Assembly: GCA_963514005.1 (NCBI GenBank)
Contig: CAUPSL010001045.1
Span: 1 to 63,458, forward strand
DNA: 63,458 nt
Direction of reading: 5' to 3'
Source of the DNA: Raja brachyura
Lineage: Eukaryota
This document shows positions 37,957 to 50,765 of the stretch, piece after piece (positions within the stretch are counted from its first letter, which is position 1; each line of letters starts with the position of its first letter). A program made the position numbers and the translations under genes. The notes beneath the pieces are model-generated. The model did not search any database and was not told the DNA's origin. It saw only the letters and a program-made list of their open reading frames with translations.

Positions 37957-38411
37957 TCGAGAAAACATGATGCAAATTAAAACATTACAATACTAATCCC
38001 TTCGTGAGTGAGTGCAAAAACTAGGTAATGAAGGAGTTTTCGTTGAAATCTTTCAGCATCAATTAAAAAAAAGCTTAGAAATACAATCTGAACGCGTTCC
38101 CTGCACTGGAATGCATATTTGGAAATTTATTTAACATGCGACACGGGCGCGTTGTTTATATGCCCGTTGGGGAGGGCGGCCATGTGGAACCGATTGCTTT
38201 GGTGTTCTGGAACAGGCCTCCAATGATTCCGGAATTGAGTCTCGCCGTTAACTGTTTACGCCTTCCTTTGAATCCAGCGGCAACGGATTTCATCACAATT
38301 ATTAACTCTACACCAGATGCAACCAGATGCAGCCAAAAGTAGTGGAGGCTATTCATACGTTGGCAATATTAATTATAAGTTTAATGGAAGCAGAGTGTAA
38401 CAAGCGAGCGT

Positions 38412-38426
38412 CCAGTAGAGGGCAGC
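38412..38426 (+). promoter_or_regulatory. CTCF-like motif
   Basis: CCAGTAGAGGGCAGC matches the CTCF core consensus; paralogous copy CCAGTGGAGGGCGTC at 44253-44267. Confidence 0.5.
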
Positions 38427-38974
38427 AATGTGAGTAAGTTCGCATGTGTGATAAAGAGGCTCTGAATCGATTTGCATTAATGTCCCAACTCTATTGATGC
38501 AGCGCCGACGCTGGAGCTCTGCGTATTTGAGATTCAACGGAGTGCTCAGAGATTCGGATTTAACTCCTCCTGCACTACAAGAAAATTTGAGAAATCCATT
38601 ACTTTATTGTCTCCACCGATGGCGGCTGAGATATGAATAGCTTCAAATTTGATTTGAGTAATCTTTCCCCAAATCTTCCACTAACGACGCGGTAACGATC
38701 ACATTTTTACATATTCTGATTGACATTTTTTTCCCTCGAGACCGTGAACACTTTCACTGAGATGTTATGCTTTATTTCTTGGCATTACTGATTAAAAGTA
38801 AGTAAGAAGTTTAAAAACGACAAAATATTTTGAATTTGAAACAACCAGCTGCAACTGATGACGTTACAATGGCTCGGTCAGCAGTGATCAGCTTCCCTGA
38901 GGAATTCATCCTATATTTCACGTTATTCGCGATTAAAGCATTAAAAATGCCAAATTTCACAAGATTTTTACATA

Positions 38975-40561
38975 CAGTAGCTTGCAAAAGTTTTCATACC
39001 CCTTGTGCTTTTCCACATTTTATCACGTTACAACCACAAACGTAAATGTATTTTATTGGGATTTTATGTGATAGTCCAACACAAAGTGGTGCATAATTGT
39101 GAAGTGGAAGGAAAATGATACATGGTTTCCAAATTTTATTACAAATAAAAAACTGAAAAGTGTGGCGTGCAAAAGTATTCTGTCCCCCTGAGTCAATACT
39201 TTGTGGAACCACCTTTCCATGCAATTACAGCTGCAAGTCTTTTGAGGTTGGTCTCTACCAGCTTTGCACATCTAGAGACTCTAATTTTTGCCCATTCTTC
39301 TTTACAAAATAGCTCAAGCTCAGTCAGATTTGATGGAGAGTGTCTGTCAACAGCAAATTTAAAGTATTGCCAGAGATTCTCAATTGGATTTAGGTCTGGA
39401 CTTTGACTGGGCCATTCTAACACAGGAATATGCTTTGATCTAAACCATTCCATTGTAGCTCCGGTTGTATGTTTAGGGTCGTTGTCCTGCTGGAAGGTGA
39501 ACCTCCGCCCCAATCTCAAGTCTTTTTCAGACTCTAACAGATTTTCTTCCAAGATTGCGCTGTATTTGGCTCCATCCATCTTCCCATCAACTCTGACCAG
39601 CTTCCCTGTCCCTGCCGAAGAAAAGCATGATGCTTTTGAGGATGGTGTGTTCAGGGTGACGTGCAGTGTTAGTTTTCCACCACACATGGCGTTTTGAATT
39701 GAGTCCAAAAAACTTCAATTTTGGTTTCATCAGACCAGAGCACCTTCCTCCACAAGTTTGCTGTGTCCCCCACATGGCTTGTGGCAAACTGCAAACGGGA
39801 CTTATTTTGGCTTTGGTTCAACAATGGCTTTTTTCTTGCTACTCTTCCATAATGGCCCGATTTGTGGAGTGCACGACTAATAGTTGTCCTGTGGACAGAT
39901 TCTCCCACCTGAGCTGTGGATCTCTGAAGCTCCTCCAGAGTTACCATGGGCCTCTTGGCCACTTATCTGATCAATGCTCTCCTTGCTCTGCCTGTCAGCT
40001 TAGGTGGACGGTCATGTCTTGGTAGGTTTGCAGTTCTGCCATACTCTTTCTATTTTCGGATGGTGGATTGAACAGCGCTCCGTGAGATGTTCGAAGCTTG
40101 GGATACTTGTTTATAACCTAATCCTGCTTTAAACTTCTCCACAACATTATCCCTGACCTGTCTGGTGTGTACCTTGGGCTTCGTGATGCTGTTTGTTCAC
40201 TAATGTTCTCTAACAAACCTCTGAGGCCTTCACAGAACAGCTGTATTTATGCTCAGATTAGATTACACACAAGTGGACTCAATTTACTAATTAGGTGACT
40301 TCTGAAGGCATTTGGTTGCACTGGATTTTATTTAAGCGTATCAGAGTAAAGGGGGCTGAATATTTTTACGCCACACTTTTCAGTTATTTATTGGAAAACA
40401 AATTGAGAACCATGTATCATTTTCCTTCCACTTCACAATTATGCGCCACTTTGTGTTGGTCTATCACATAAAATCCCCCCAAAAATAAATTTACTTTTGT
40501 GATTGTCACGTGACAAAATGTGGAAAAGTTCAAGGGGTATGAAAACTTTTGCAAACCACTG
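38975..40561 (-). mobile_element. Tc1/mariner DNA transposon with ~210-bp TIRs, transposase frameshifted
   Basis: TA|CAGTAGCTTGCAAAAGTTTTCATACCCCTTG...CAAGGGGTATGAAAACTTTTGCAAACCACTG|TA; WSDETK, FQQDNDPKH, WPSQSPDLNPIENLW. Confidence 0.95.
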
Positions 40562-41544
40562 TATCTTGTGGATATTCTGATCCACATTTTCCCCCTCCAG
40601 GCAGAGAGCACCTTCGCTGATCATGATATGCTTTATTTCTCGACATTATTAATTAAAGTTACAGAAAAATCAACATACCTTGAATTTAAAGCGAGTAGCT
40701 TCAACTGATGACGTCACAATGGCTCGGATCGCAGTGATCAGCTTCACTTCCGTTCGGGAACGGCTTGAGTTGGAGGACTACGCCTCCTGTGAGGGCAACG
40801 GGTAGGAAACGGGTGCGTTGAGGAACGGACCCTCGCGTAACCTCTCATAACTTTACATACCTCAACCAAATCTTCCTGCAATCTCCGACATTGCATGGGG
40901 ACAGAATCCAAATATGACCAATCTCTCACTGAACCGTTAATGCAGCTACCATTCCGGTAAATGAGCAACTGTGGCTCTAAAACACGGTGTTCTTATTAAA
41001 TATGTCCATCTTGCTGAATTGGTGAAGACATTCACTAATGGGTTTGCTACTGGTCACCAATTTGTACAGCGTGCTAGTTTAGTTAGTTTACGTTAGTTAG
41101 TTTATGATAGGCGTCGATAGGGTAGACTGTCAGAACTTTGATTTTCCAAACGGTTGGTTCTAACCGGGATGGCTGGACTGGGATATGTTGAAAGAATCGA
41201 GTGACTGGGCTTGTATACACTGGAACTTAGAAGCATGAAATGGGATCTGATTGAAACATATAATGTTATTAAGGGTTTGGACACGTTATAGGCAGGAAAC
41301 ATGTTCCCGATGTTGGGGGAGTCCAGAACCAGGGGCCACTGTTTAAGAATATGGGGCAATCAATTTAGATGGAGATGAGGAAACATTTTTTCGCACAGAG
41401 AGTAGTGAGTATGTGGCATTCTCTGCTTCAGAGGGCGGTGGAGGCCGGTTCTCCGCATACTGTCAAGACAGAGCAAGATACGCCTCTTGAAGATAGCGGA
41501 GTCAGGGATGGGAAGAATGCAGGAACGGGGTACTGATTGGGGAT

Positions 41545-42360
41545 GACAATCACTGTTGTGGGATGTTCACTGGTGGGGATGTGTCCGAGTATAGTAGAGA
41601 GATCGAGCGACTGTCCACATGGTGCCAGCACAATAACCTGACCCTCAATACCAGCAAAACCAAGGAACTGATTGTAGACTTTTGAAAGAGTAGGATGGGG
41701 ACCCACTGTCCCGTTTATATCAACGGATCGATGGTTGAAAGGGTCAAGAGCTTCAAATTCCTGCCTGGCCGTGCACATCTATGAACATCTTTCCTGGTAC
41801 GAGAACACTGATGCAATTATTAAGAAAGCACATCACCGCCTGTGCTTTCTGAGAAGATTACGGAGAGTCGGTTTGTCAAGGAGGACTCTCTCTAAGTTCT
41901 ACAGCTGCACAGTAGAGAGCATGCTGAAGGGTTGCATCGTGCCTTAGTTCGGCAACTTGAGCGTCCTGAAGCGGAAAAGATTAAAAAAAAGTAGTAAACA
42001 CTGGCCAGTCCACCATCTGCTTTGACTTCCCGTCGATCGAGGGGATCCATCGCAGTCGCTGCTTCAAGAAGGCTGGCAGTATCATCAAGGACCCGCACCA
42101 TCCTGGCCACACACTCATCTCCCCGCTACTACTTCCCCACAGCCATCAGGCTATTAAACTTGGCTCGGACACAACTCTGAACATTAATAGCCCATTATCT
42201 CTTTATTTACACTTATCAGTTTATTTATTTATGGGTGTATACATTTATATATTGGTATGTGGATACACTGATCTGTTCTGTCGTCATGCCTACTATGTTC
42301 TGATATGCTGAAGCAAATCAAGAATCTCATTGTCATATCAGGTACATAAAATAATAAACA
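41545..42360 (+). mobile_element. Rex1/L2-like LINE 3' fragment (same family as 34945-35700)
   Basis: Near-identical DNA (gagtaggatggggaccca..., gagaagattacgg); preceded by a CR1 3' fragment at ~41165-41545. Confidence 0.8.
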
Positions 42361-42789
42361 TTCTTTAATTTTGAACCTTGAATGATCGCTTTGAATAGGG
42401 GTGTTGGCTCGAAATGCCGAATGGCCTACTCTTTCGCCGTTTGTCTATTGAAAATGAGCTAATCAGCTACTCTAGAATTCCTTCCTATCTGCAGGACATT
42501 CTCTCTCTGCTTCCAGACCCATTAACTAATTTACTTCACAAACACACGTGTTACTTTTTAAGCTAGGGGGATCGACTGTTGCAACTAATTTAACAGGCAC
42601 AATCCTCGGCAACGTGCAGGCTCTACGGTCGTTTCGTTGAACACCTCCGCTCAATTCGCCTAAAACTGCTTGATCTCCCGCTTGCTCAACACTTTAACAC
42701 CCCCTTCCATTTCACACGGATCTCTCTGTGCTGGGTCTCCTGCATTGTTAGAGGACTCAAAATTGTCCGCTCTTACTCTGTTCTCGAAT

Positions 42790-43075
42790 CTGCTTGATAA
42801 CGTACCCTGCTTCTGCAAAGTATTTTACCTTCAACCGCGTGGCGAGTTTACGAATGGCGACGGCGTTTTTTAAACCCTTGCCTCCCGTTCCTATTCATTC
42901 TGTTGCTCAAACTGCAGACGGTCATACAAACCGTGGAGGGCAGTAGAGCCCGCGGGAGACTCCAGGCTGAGAGCAATGTAGCAAACAGTGAGCTAGCAAT
43001 GAAGAACAGAGGTAAGTCCATCATCTTACTGATGGCAATCTAGTGAAGCTGTATCATGTTGCGTTCGCCTTACCT
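42790..43075 (+). pseudogene. GPR139-like pseudogene fragment (ECL2-TM5-ICL3-TM6)
   Basis: Manual translation LDNVPCFC..FLNPCLPFLFILLLKLQTV..SRARGRL..MKNRGKSIILLMAI* versus IDNVPWDC..VLTPLLPFAIILLLNALTV..SRVRKGL..MESRRRSMVLLFTI. Confidence 0.75.
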
Positions 43076-43149
43076 TGTATCCCCTATACCCTATATCCAC
43101 TGGCTCTACCTTGTCCATTTTCCGACTCACATACACAAACAATTCCAGA

Positions 43150-43570
43150 AGATTAGTCAAGTATGATTTCCCTTCGTAAATCCATGCTGATTCGCACCGA
43201 TCTTGCTACTGCTATCCAAATGTGTCCCTATTTCACCTTTTATTATTGACACCAGCATCTTCCCCACCGTCGAGTTCAGGCTAACTGATCTATAATTCCC
43301 TGTTTTCTCTCTCTCGCCTTTCTTAAAAAGTGGGATAGCATTACTTACCCTCCAATCCACAGGAACTGCTCCTGAATCTATAGAACATTGGGAACTTATC
43401 GCCAATTTGTCCACGATTTCTATAGTCACTTCCTTAAGTACCCGGAGATGCAGATCATCAGACCCTGGGGATTTATCAGCTTTCAGTCCCATTAGTGTAC
43501 CCAACACAATTTCCTGCCTAATTTGGATTTCCTTCACTGCCTCGGTCATCCCAAATCCTCTGGCCATCAT
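43150..43570 (-). mobile_element. CR1 RT fragment
   Basis: LKADKSPG..NYRSVSL..QHGFTKG. Confidence 0.85.
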
Positions 43571-45339
43571 GAAGAAAACCCGTTGTAAAATAATATTATA
43601 ATACGAATCCCTTCGTCAGTGACTGCAGTGAAGGCTATGTACTAAAGGAGTTTTCTCTGAAATCTTTGCGCATTAATTATCCACAAAATTGCTTGGAAGT
43701 ACAATCGAAACCTGTGCGTGTCCCCTGCACTGGAATGCATATTTAGCCATCTATTCATCATGGGAGAAGGACGCACTTTTCAATTGCTCAGCCGGGAGGG
43801 AGGCCATGTGGAACCGTGTGCTATGTTGCACTGGAACAGACCTCCAATATCACAGGAATTGAGCCTCGATCGTTAACAGTTTCCACCCTCCTTTGAATCC
43901 AGCGGCAAAGTCTCCAGCACGCAATGAAAACAGACATAGAGTAATGGTCCTAAACATTGCTTGCTCCATTACTCTACATTTCTTTGAGACGTTCCATGGT
44001 TACGTATGTAAGTGCCCAGCGCACAAATGTGTTAATAAAACTCTTGCTGCAACATTTACGTTAATGAGAGTTCGATTTTATCTTTGATTCTCGCATTGAA
44101 TGTAATGCTTCATTGCACCTTACAGAGGCTTTCAATTTCCATTGCAATTATTAACTCTGGACCAGATGCAGCCAAAGGTAGTGGGTGCTACTCATACAAG
44201 TTGGCATTACTAATTACATGTTTAATGGAAGCAGGGTGTAACAAGCGAGTGTCCAGTGGAGGGCGTCAGTGAGAAAGTAAGACTGTGTGGTAAAGAGATT
44301 CTGAATCGATCTGCATTAATGTCTCACCTCCATTGATGCAGCGCCGACGATGGAGCGCTGCCTATTTGAGAATCGAGGGAGTGCTCAGAGAGTCGGATTT
44401 AACTCCTGCAGGGCAAGGAAATGTGAGAAATCCATTAATTTATTTTCTCCACCGATGGCGGCTGACATTTGTATAGCTCCAAATTGGAGTTGAGTACTCT
44501 CTCTCCAAATCCTCCGCTCCCGGCGAGGTAACGATTACATTTTTACACATTCTGATATACATTTTTCCCCTCGAGGCCGAGAACACCTTCGCTGAGCATT
44601 TTATGCTTTATTTCATGATTTGTTACTGATTAAAAGTAATTAAGAAGTTTAAAATCATCAAAAGATTTTGAATTTAAAACGACCAGCTGCAACTGATGAT
44701 GTCACAATGGCTCGGCTAACAGTGATCAGCTTCCCTGAATATTTCATCCTATATTTCACGTTATTCGCGATTAAAGTATTACAAATGCCACCTTTCAAAA
44801 GGTTTTTACATATTCTGATCAACCTTTATCCCTTCTGGGCAGCGAGCACCTTCGCTGGCCATTTTATACATTATTTCTCGACATTACTGGTTAAACGACT
44901 AGCTTCAGCTGATGACGTCACAATGGCTCGGCCAGCATTAATCAGCTTCACGTACGTTCGGGTGGTGGAGGCAGGTTCTCTGCGTGCTTTCAAGAGAAAG
45001 CTAGATAGAGCTCTTAAAAAATAGCGGAGTCAGGGGATATGGGGAGAAGGCAGGAACGGGGTACTGATTGGGGATGATCAGCCATGATCACATTGATGGC
45101 GGTGTTGGCTCGAAGGGCCGAATGGCCTACTCCAGCGCCTTTTACACATGTGTTACTTTTTAAGCTAGGGAGCTCGACTCCTCGGCAACACCTCCGCCCA
45201 ATTGACTTAAAACTGCTTGATCTCCCGCTTCCTAAACACTTTAATTCCCACTTCCATTCCACACTGACCTCTCTGTGCCGGGTATCCTGCATTGTCAGAG
45301 GAGTCAATATTGTCCCCTCTTACTTTTTGTTCGAATCTT

Positions 45340-45840
45340 CTTGACAACGTACCCTGCTTCCGCAACGTATTTTACACTTCAACCGCGTGGAGTGTTTACA
45401 ACTGGCAACGGCGTTTTTTTAAAACCCTTGCCTCCCGTTCCTCCTCATTCTGCTGTTGAAACTGCAGACGGTTGGACAAATTCTGGCGGAGAGTAGAGCC
45501 CACGGGAGGCTCCGGGCTGAGAGCAATGGAGGCAAACAGTGAGTTAGCAATGCAGAACAGAGGAAAGTTCATCATCTTACTAAACGCAATTAGTGAAGCT
45601 GTATCCTGTTGCGTTAGACTTACCATGTAAATGTTATATTTGTAAAAGTTACAAGCATAGCTGTGCTAGCCGGTTTAATGCCACTGATCCACTGTTTTAT
45701 CCTCCAAGAAAGTGGATGCATTCTGGTGCTTCTGAACTCCTGTACCAACTCGTGCATTTATGAAGGGACGCAGACCAAAATCCGAGAGTAGTTGAAGATA
45801 CGGCCAAATACCCCCTGGGTCTATTTAGACGAATGTTTGC
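45340..45840 (+). pseudogene. GPR139-like pseudogene fragment (ECL2 to C-terminus), paralogue of 42790-43075
   Basis: Same DNA as the 42790 copy, continuing to GCILVLLNSCTNSCIYEGTQTKIRE*LK (TM7) at ~45714-45800. Confidence 0.75.
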
Positions 45841-46984
45841 ATATTGTGAACGTCTCTAAAGTAAGCGGGTAATTTAAATTTCCTTTTCACTATCACAGCT
45901 AATATGAGTGAACTCATAAAGAAGGGTATTATATGGTTATATGGTTATCTCATTGGGGCAGTCAAGAAGACCTGTAGAATATTGCGACCTAAATTTCCAT
46001 CAACGTTTACCCATATATCCAGTTCACTCTTTGAAGCGAATGTCGACGGTATTGTGCAGAAAATAATTTGTTTGGGTGCACAAATAAGTATTGAATCTAA
46101 TAGGATGCGGTGTTGCTTCAGTGGGGAAGGTGGGAACTAGTTGCAGTTCTATACGTAGCCGCGCAGGGGCGCGTTCCTTTCAGAACTGGTACTTCACAGT
46201 TGCATCCGATGAAAACAGTGCTTCGTTGAATTGTCATCAAGCAACACACATAGTACCTGTTCTTTTACTCAAATATCCCTTATAGAAATTTTTATTCTCT
46301 GGTAAAATACGATGTAAATGTCATAAATCAAGGCCACTAATCAAGTCATTCTTATCTCTATTAAATTGGACTGCGAGATTCCTATTTCATACCAATATCA
46401 TTAGAATCGACGTCTGAGATTTTCTTCATTTTAGCCCATGTTACGTTGTGCAGCAGACACTGCAATGAAGTCCGGGCAACTTATCGTGTAGGTGTAGACA
46501 TAATTTTCTTGAAGCATGCTGTTCACGTGCTGGTAGTACATTGTTGGAACAAATTCATCTCGTTTGTGATTGCAAATAAAACTTGACGGCCCAGATATTT
46601 AACTTTCTATTATTTTAATTGGGACAAAGGAGTAAGGCAGGAAAATACAGTTCATTTTTTTCACACCGCGCCGTGAGCTTTTCTGGCATTTCTGTTGTAG
46701 GCACTCCCAATTCTATGTCCCATCAAGAACACTCCCATTCAATTCCCCCATGAGTCAGATTCAGCAAATTTGTTTCAAGTCATAAAATTATATAGCACGT
46801 AAACAGACCCTTCGGTCAAACGTCCATGCCGATCAAAATGCCCCATTCAAGGTAATCCCATTTGCCCACGTTCCCGCAAATTCAATCCTATCCATTTGCC
46901 CGCTCAAATGTATTTCAAATAATATTACACATCCTGTCTCAACTAACTCCTCTGGCAGTTAGCTCCTTGTAAACAATAAACTAC

Positions 46985-47380
46985 AGAGAATAGACAATAG
47001 GTGCAGGAGTAGCCCATTCGGTCATTTGAGCTAGCACCGCCATTCACTGTGATCATGTCTGGTCATCTACATTCAGTGCCCCGTCCCTACCTTCTCGCCA
47101 TATCCCCTGACTCCGCTATGTGTAAGAGCTCCATCTAACTATCTCTTGAAATCATCCAGAGAATGGACCTCCACTGCCTTCGGAGGCAGCGAATTCCACA
47201 GATTCACAGCACTCTGCGTGAAAAGATTTTCCCTCAACTCCGTTCTAAATAGCCTACACCTTATTCATAAACTGTGGTCCTAGTTCTGGACTCTCTCAAC
47301 ATCGGGAATATCGTTCCTGCGTCCAACGTGTCCAATCCCTTAATAATATTTTATCTTTCAATAAGATCCACTCTCATCCA
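46985..47380 (-). mobile_element. Old CR1 3' fragment
   Basis: aataggtgcaggagtag.ccattcgg.. and ttctggact..caacatcgggaa shared with the other CR1 3' ends. Confidence 0.75.
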
Positions 47381-48195
47381 GCCAATCCATTCTATCAGAC
47401 TATAGCGATGCAGAGAAGTAATTCAGCACGGGCTTATTGAGCTAATTGAGCAAAAACAGTAATTACTGCTGTAAGATATTTGCACATTTGTGCAGTCGCT
47501 CATTGGGAAATGCGCCAGGCGTATTTAAAGTGTTTAATTACAATGCCCTCACGTGAATATCCATCAGGGGATTTGCTTTAGCAGTTGCTGTAGCTATGCA
47601 TCTGGTGCCCAGTGATATATCCAGCGACTCACATCCGGATTACTCAGCAGGGCCCAATGGTGTAATACCCATCTGCATTATTGATAATCCGCCATGTGCG
47701 GTAATATATTTTGGTTTATAGACTTCAAATTCTTCTCGCGTCCCGGTCAATTATGCTGCTATTATTGAAGGCTAACCACCATCTGAAATTAGAAAGTCTG
47801 TCAGGTTGTCGGTGAAGTGGAATGGTCAACGTACTTCTGACAATTCCGGGCCAGCCCATCCTCCATCTAGTGACACCCTCGTTTCTATAGTTAAAACAGA
47901 AATTCTACAGTTATTGAACAGGTTATCCAGGTCCCAAGGAGAGTCAAATAGAAACAAGGTTTCATATCTCTGGTCACGTTTCCTATCCCGCTGCCAAGTG
48001 TCGTAAGAGCTCTTGTAATTCTCTGCAGCTAGCGGCTAATGATATGGAAACGGATTCCGGAGAAGCAGCTCGCAGTTGGAAACAATAAAACCACCAGGAC
48101 ACCTGCACAGAATGAAAGCAACCGACACCAGAAAGAGTACAGGAAAGCAGGCACACCCAACCGCATCAGCGGAGCAGTGAGCAAGAAAAAGGCGA

Positions 48196-48233
48196 TGTTT
48201 TTGTAAGGGGCTTAACTTGTTTTCATCACTGTG
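48196..48233 (-). promoter_or_regulatory. V(D)J recombination signal sequence (23-type, 22-bp spacer)
   Basis: Minus strand CACAGTG (48233-48227), 22 nt, ACAAAAACA (48204-48196), directly after YYCALR. Confidence 0.92.
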
Positions 48234-48704
48234 CGCCTCAGTGCGCAGTAATAGACGGCAGAGTCGCTGAGATCCAGCCCTGAGATTTTCAAGCTGGTGA
48301 ACTTAGTCGCGGTATTGAGCTCAATAGAGAAACGAGTATCAGCGTATTGGGCCTTGTCTTCATTGTTGCTGGTGTCTCTCAACATAGTAAACTCGGGCTG
48401 CATGCCTGGATATTGTCGGTACCAGAATAACGTATATGCAGTCCATGTGGTATCATAGTTACAGGTTAAAGTCACCGCTTCTCCTTTTGTCTTCGACGCC
48501 GAGGGCAGTGGCTGTGTGACAGATTGTCCGTGAATCGTGACTGTAAAATAAATATATTGAAATAGCAACAGACGCCGGAGTGCCATGAGATTTCACTTCT
48601 CAAACCAAAACCTGACTGAGAAAAGCGAGGGGAACTGAATAAATTGATCCAGAATTACCTGTTAGAAACGCTCCCCACACAACACAGTTGCCTAGAGAAC
48701 GCAT
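48234..48704 (-). CDS. T-cell receptor alpha/delta-type variable gene segment: leader exon 48704-48659, V exon 48540-48234
   Basis: 46-nt leader MRSLGNCVVWGAFLT+G|gtaatt; 118-nt intron ending ttttacag; V exon (V)TIHGQSVTQP..VTLTC..LFWYRQYP..PEF..RFS..LKISGLDLSDSAVYYCALR; followed by an RSS. Confidence 0.92.
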
Positions 48705-50765
48705 CTTACCCGTTCACTCTGTACTAGCTGATTTCCAAACTTCAAGAGACATAAACTGGAGCGTTTTCTCAGTGTGCTGGTCTATGGATATTCTCTGTCA
48801 CTGCCTTGTGCCCCCAGTGATGCAGTCAGAGATGTTGTTGGGCAGCGGGGTCTCACCCAATGGAAATACACGTAGCCGGAAGCCAGCGTTTGACCCGAGA
48901 GTACTCGCATCCGCTTGAACCAACCGTGGTTGAGAAAGGCATACTTGTTCTGGTAACCGGTAGTGAAGGTGCGAAGCCTGAGATTGTTAAACAAAACAAC
49001 AATAAAGTGCATATTCACAAATGGAATAGATCATGTAAACTCACAGAGTATCTTAGACAGATTAGGAGGTTGGAGAAACAGAGAACGTAGATTTAAGTTG
49101 AGTGGGGAGGAAGATTGAATAGAGACCATAAGGGGAACTTTTCATTCAAAGGGGATTTGCATATGGAACGAGCTCCCGGTGCTAGTAGTTAAGGCAGGCA
49201 CAATCGCAAAGTTTAAGAAGAACGTTGACATGTGCATGGATAGGACAGAGGTTAAGGGATATGGGCGAAACGCATGCAGGTAGGACTATGGTAGATGGAA
49301 CATTTTCGCCGCTGTGGATTTGATTCCACGCTGCAAGACTATATGGTGCCATTATTCTAAAAATAATCACCACAGTATAACGTGATCCTTCCAAACGCGA
49401 CAGCCAGTGGACAGTTGCGCAGTCGTCTCGGCAGTGTCGAGAATAAGGGAGTTATTACGATGATTTGATATTCTCATTGAGAAATACACGTGATTTATAT
49501 ATGAAGTAAATTAAATGCAAATCCAGAAGGATGTGCAAGGACCCATTTTCAATCAATGTTTTCAGTTCCACTCACCTTCATCTGCCATGTTTTGGCGTAT
49601 CAAATTCATTCCTGATGACGTCATCCCACCGAGTCCACGCCGACCATCGATGACCCGATCACTGTCGTTCCATGTTATTCCACTTTTCCATCTAACACAC
49701 ACTTGGTGCATGTTCACAGGGGCCAATTAATCTAAAACAACTCTCACACGTATTTGGGATACGGGAGGAAATCAGAGCACCTGGACGATACCGACACGGT
49801 CACAGCGAGCCGGGAAAACTCCAGGATGTGTGAATTGTCTTTATAAAGAGTGCAGCTTGGTGATTTTTGAACTATAACCACAGCTAGCCTGCAAAATAAG
49901 TTTGGAATTTCCATGAGTTGCAGCAGTATGCCGAGTGGTCTGGTGATCTGCATTCTGCGCACAGACCGCTGCTCCCTGTATTCGGTTCGTGGTCAGGGAG
50001 TATGGCGGTATCTTTCTGCCTCCAGTGGAAACACTTTTGGACCACGCACCGTACACTCTGTGACGTTTCAGCGTCGCTGCCACGACGTGAACAGTCAGCA
50101 GCTCACTACAATACAATACAATACAATACCATTTATTGTCATTTGAACCATTCATGCCGTGCCGGGCGATGCAAGGCCCCGCTCTGGGTCTTGATGTTGG
50201 AGCCGAACATTTAAAATGATATTCTTATGCAAAATGCATTAACATTATTGCTACCAACGGCAAGCATTACGACAATCCCGACAGGTTCACGCGGCCAGGG
50301 GTTTCAGAGTCAAATTAATATTGAGATGAAAAATTCAAAATATACCTCAAAAATCAAAAACATATAAGCTATAAATGATCCAGAAATCATGTTTTCAAAT
50401 ATGCTAACTATAAAACGTGTTGTCCGTCATGTAAAACAAACCATTGGAGATTGGAAGGTAATTTAAATGCACTCTCGCTCACTTGCTCGCGGAGTGGCGT
50501 GGATATCAGGGATGTTGAGGGAGGAACAGCCATAAATTAAGAAATCGCAACATTTGACTGGGTTTTTATATGGAAATGGTTCCGCTTTCACAGACCTCGA
50601 CAATGGGAAAACAACTGCGATTAGTCTGAATTGTGGAAACAGTCATAGTGCGTCATGTTTTTGTATTTCCAAATATACTTTATTCGAGTAATAAAATATG
50701 TACATTACATGATCCTTACCAAACCCTATCCGTCATTCTCGGAGGCTAAACATACGTTCAATACT

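Noticed and set aside
48541-48586. ATG at 48586 as the start of a single-exon V ORF
   Set aside because: It lies in the intron; a canonical 46-nt leader exon with matching phase exists at 48704-48659.
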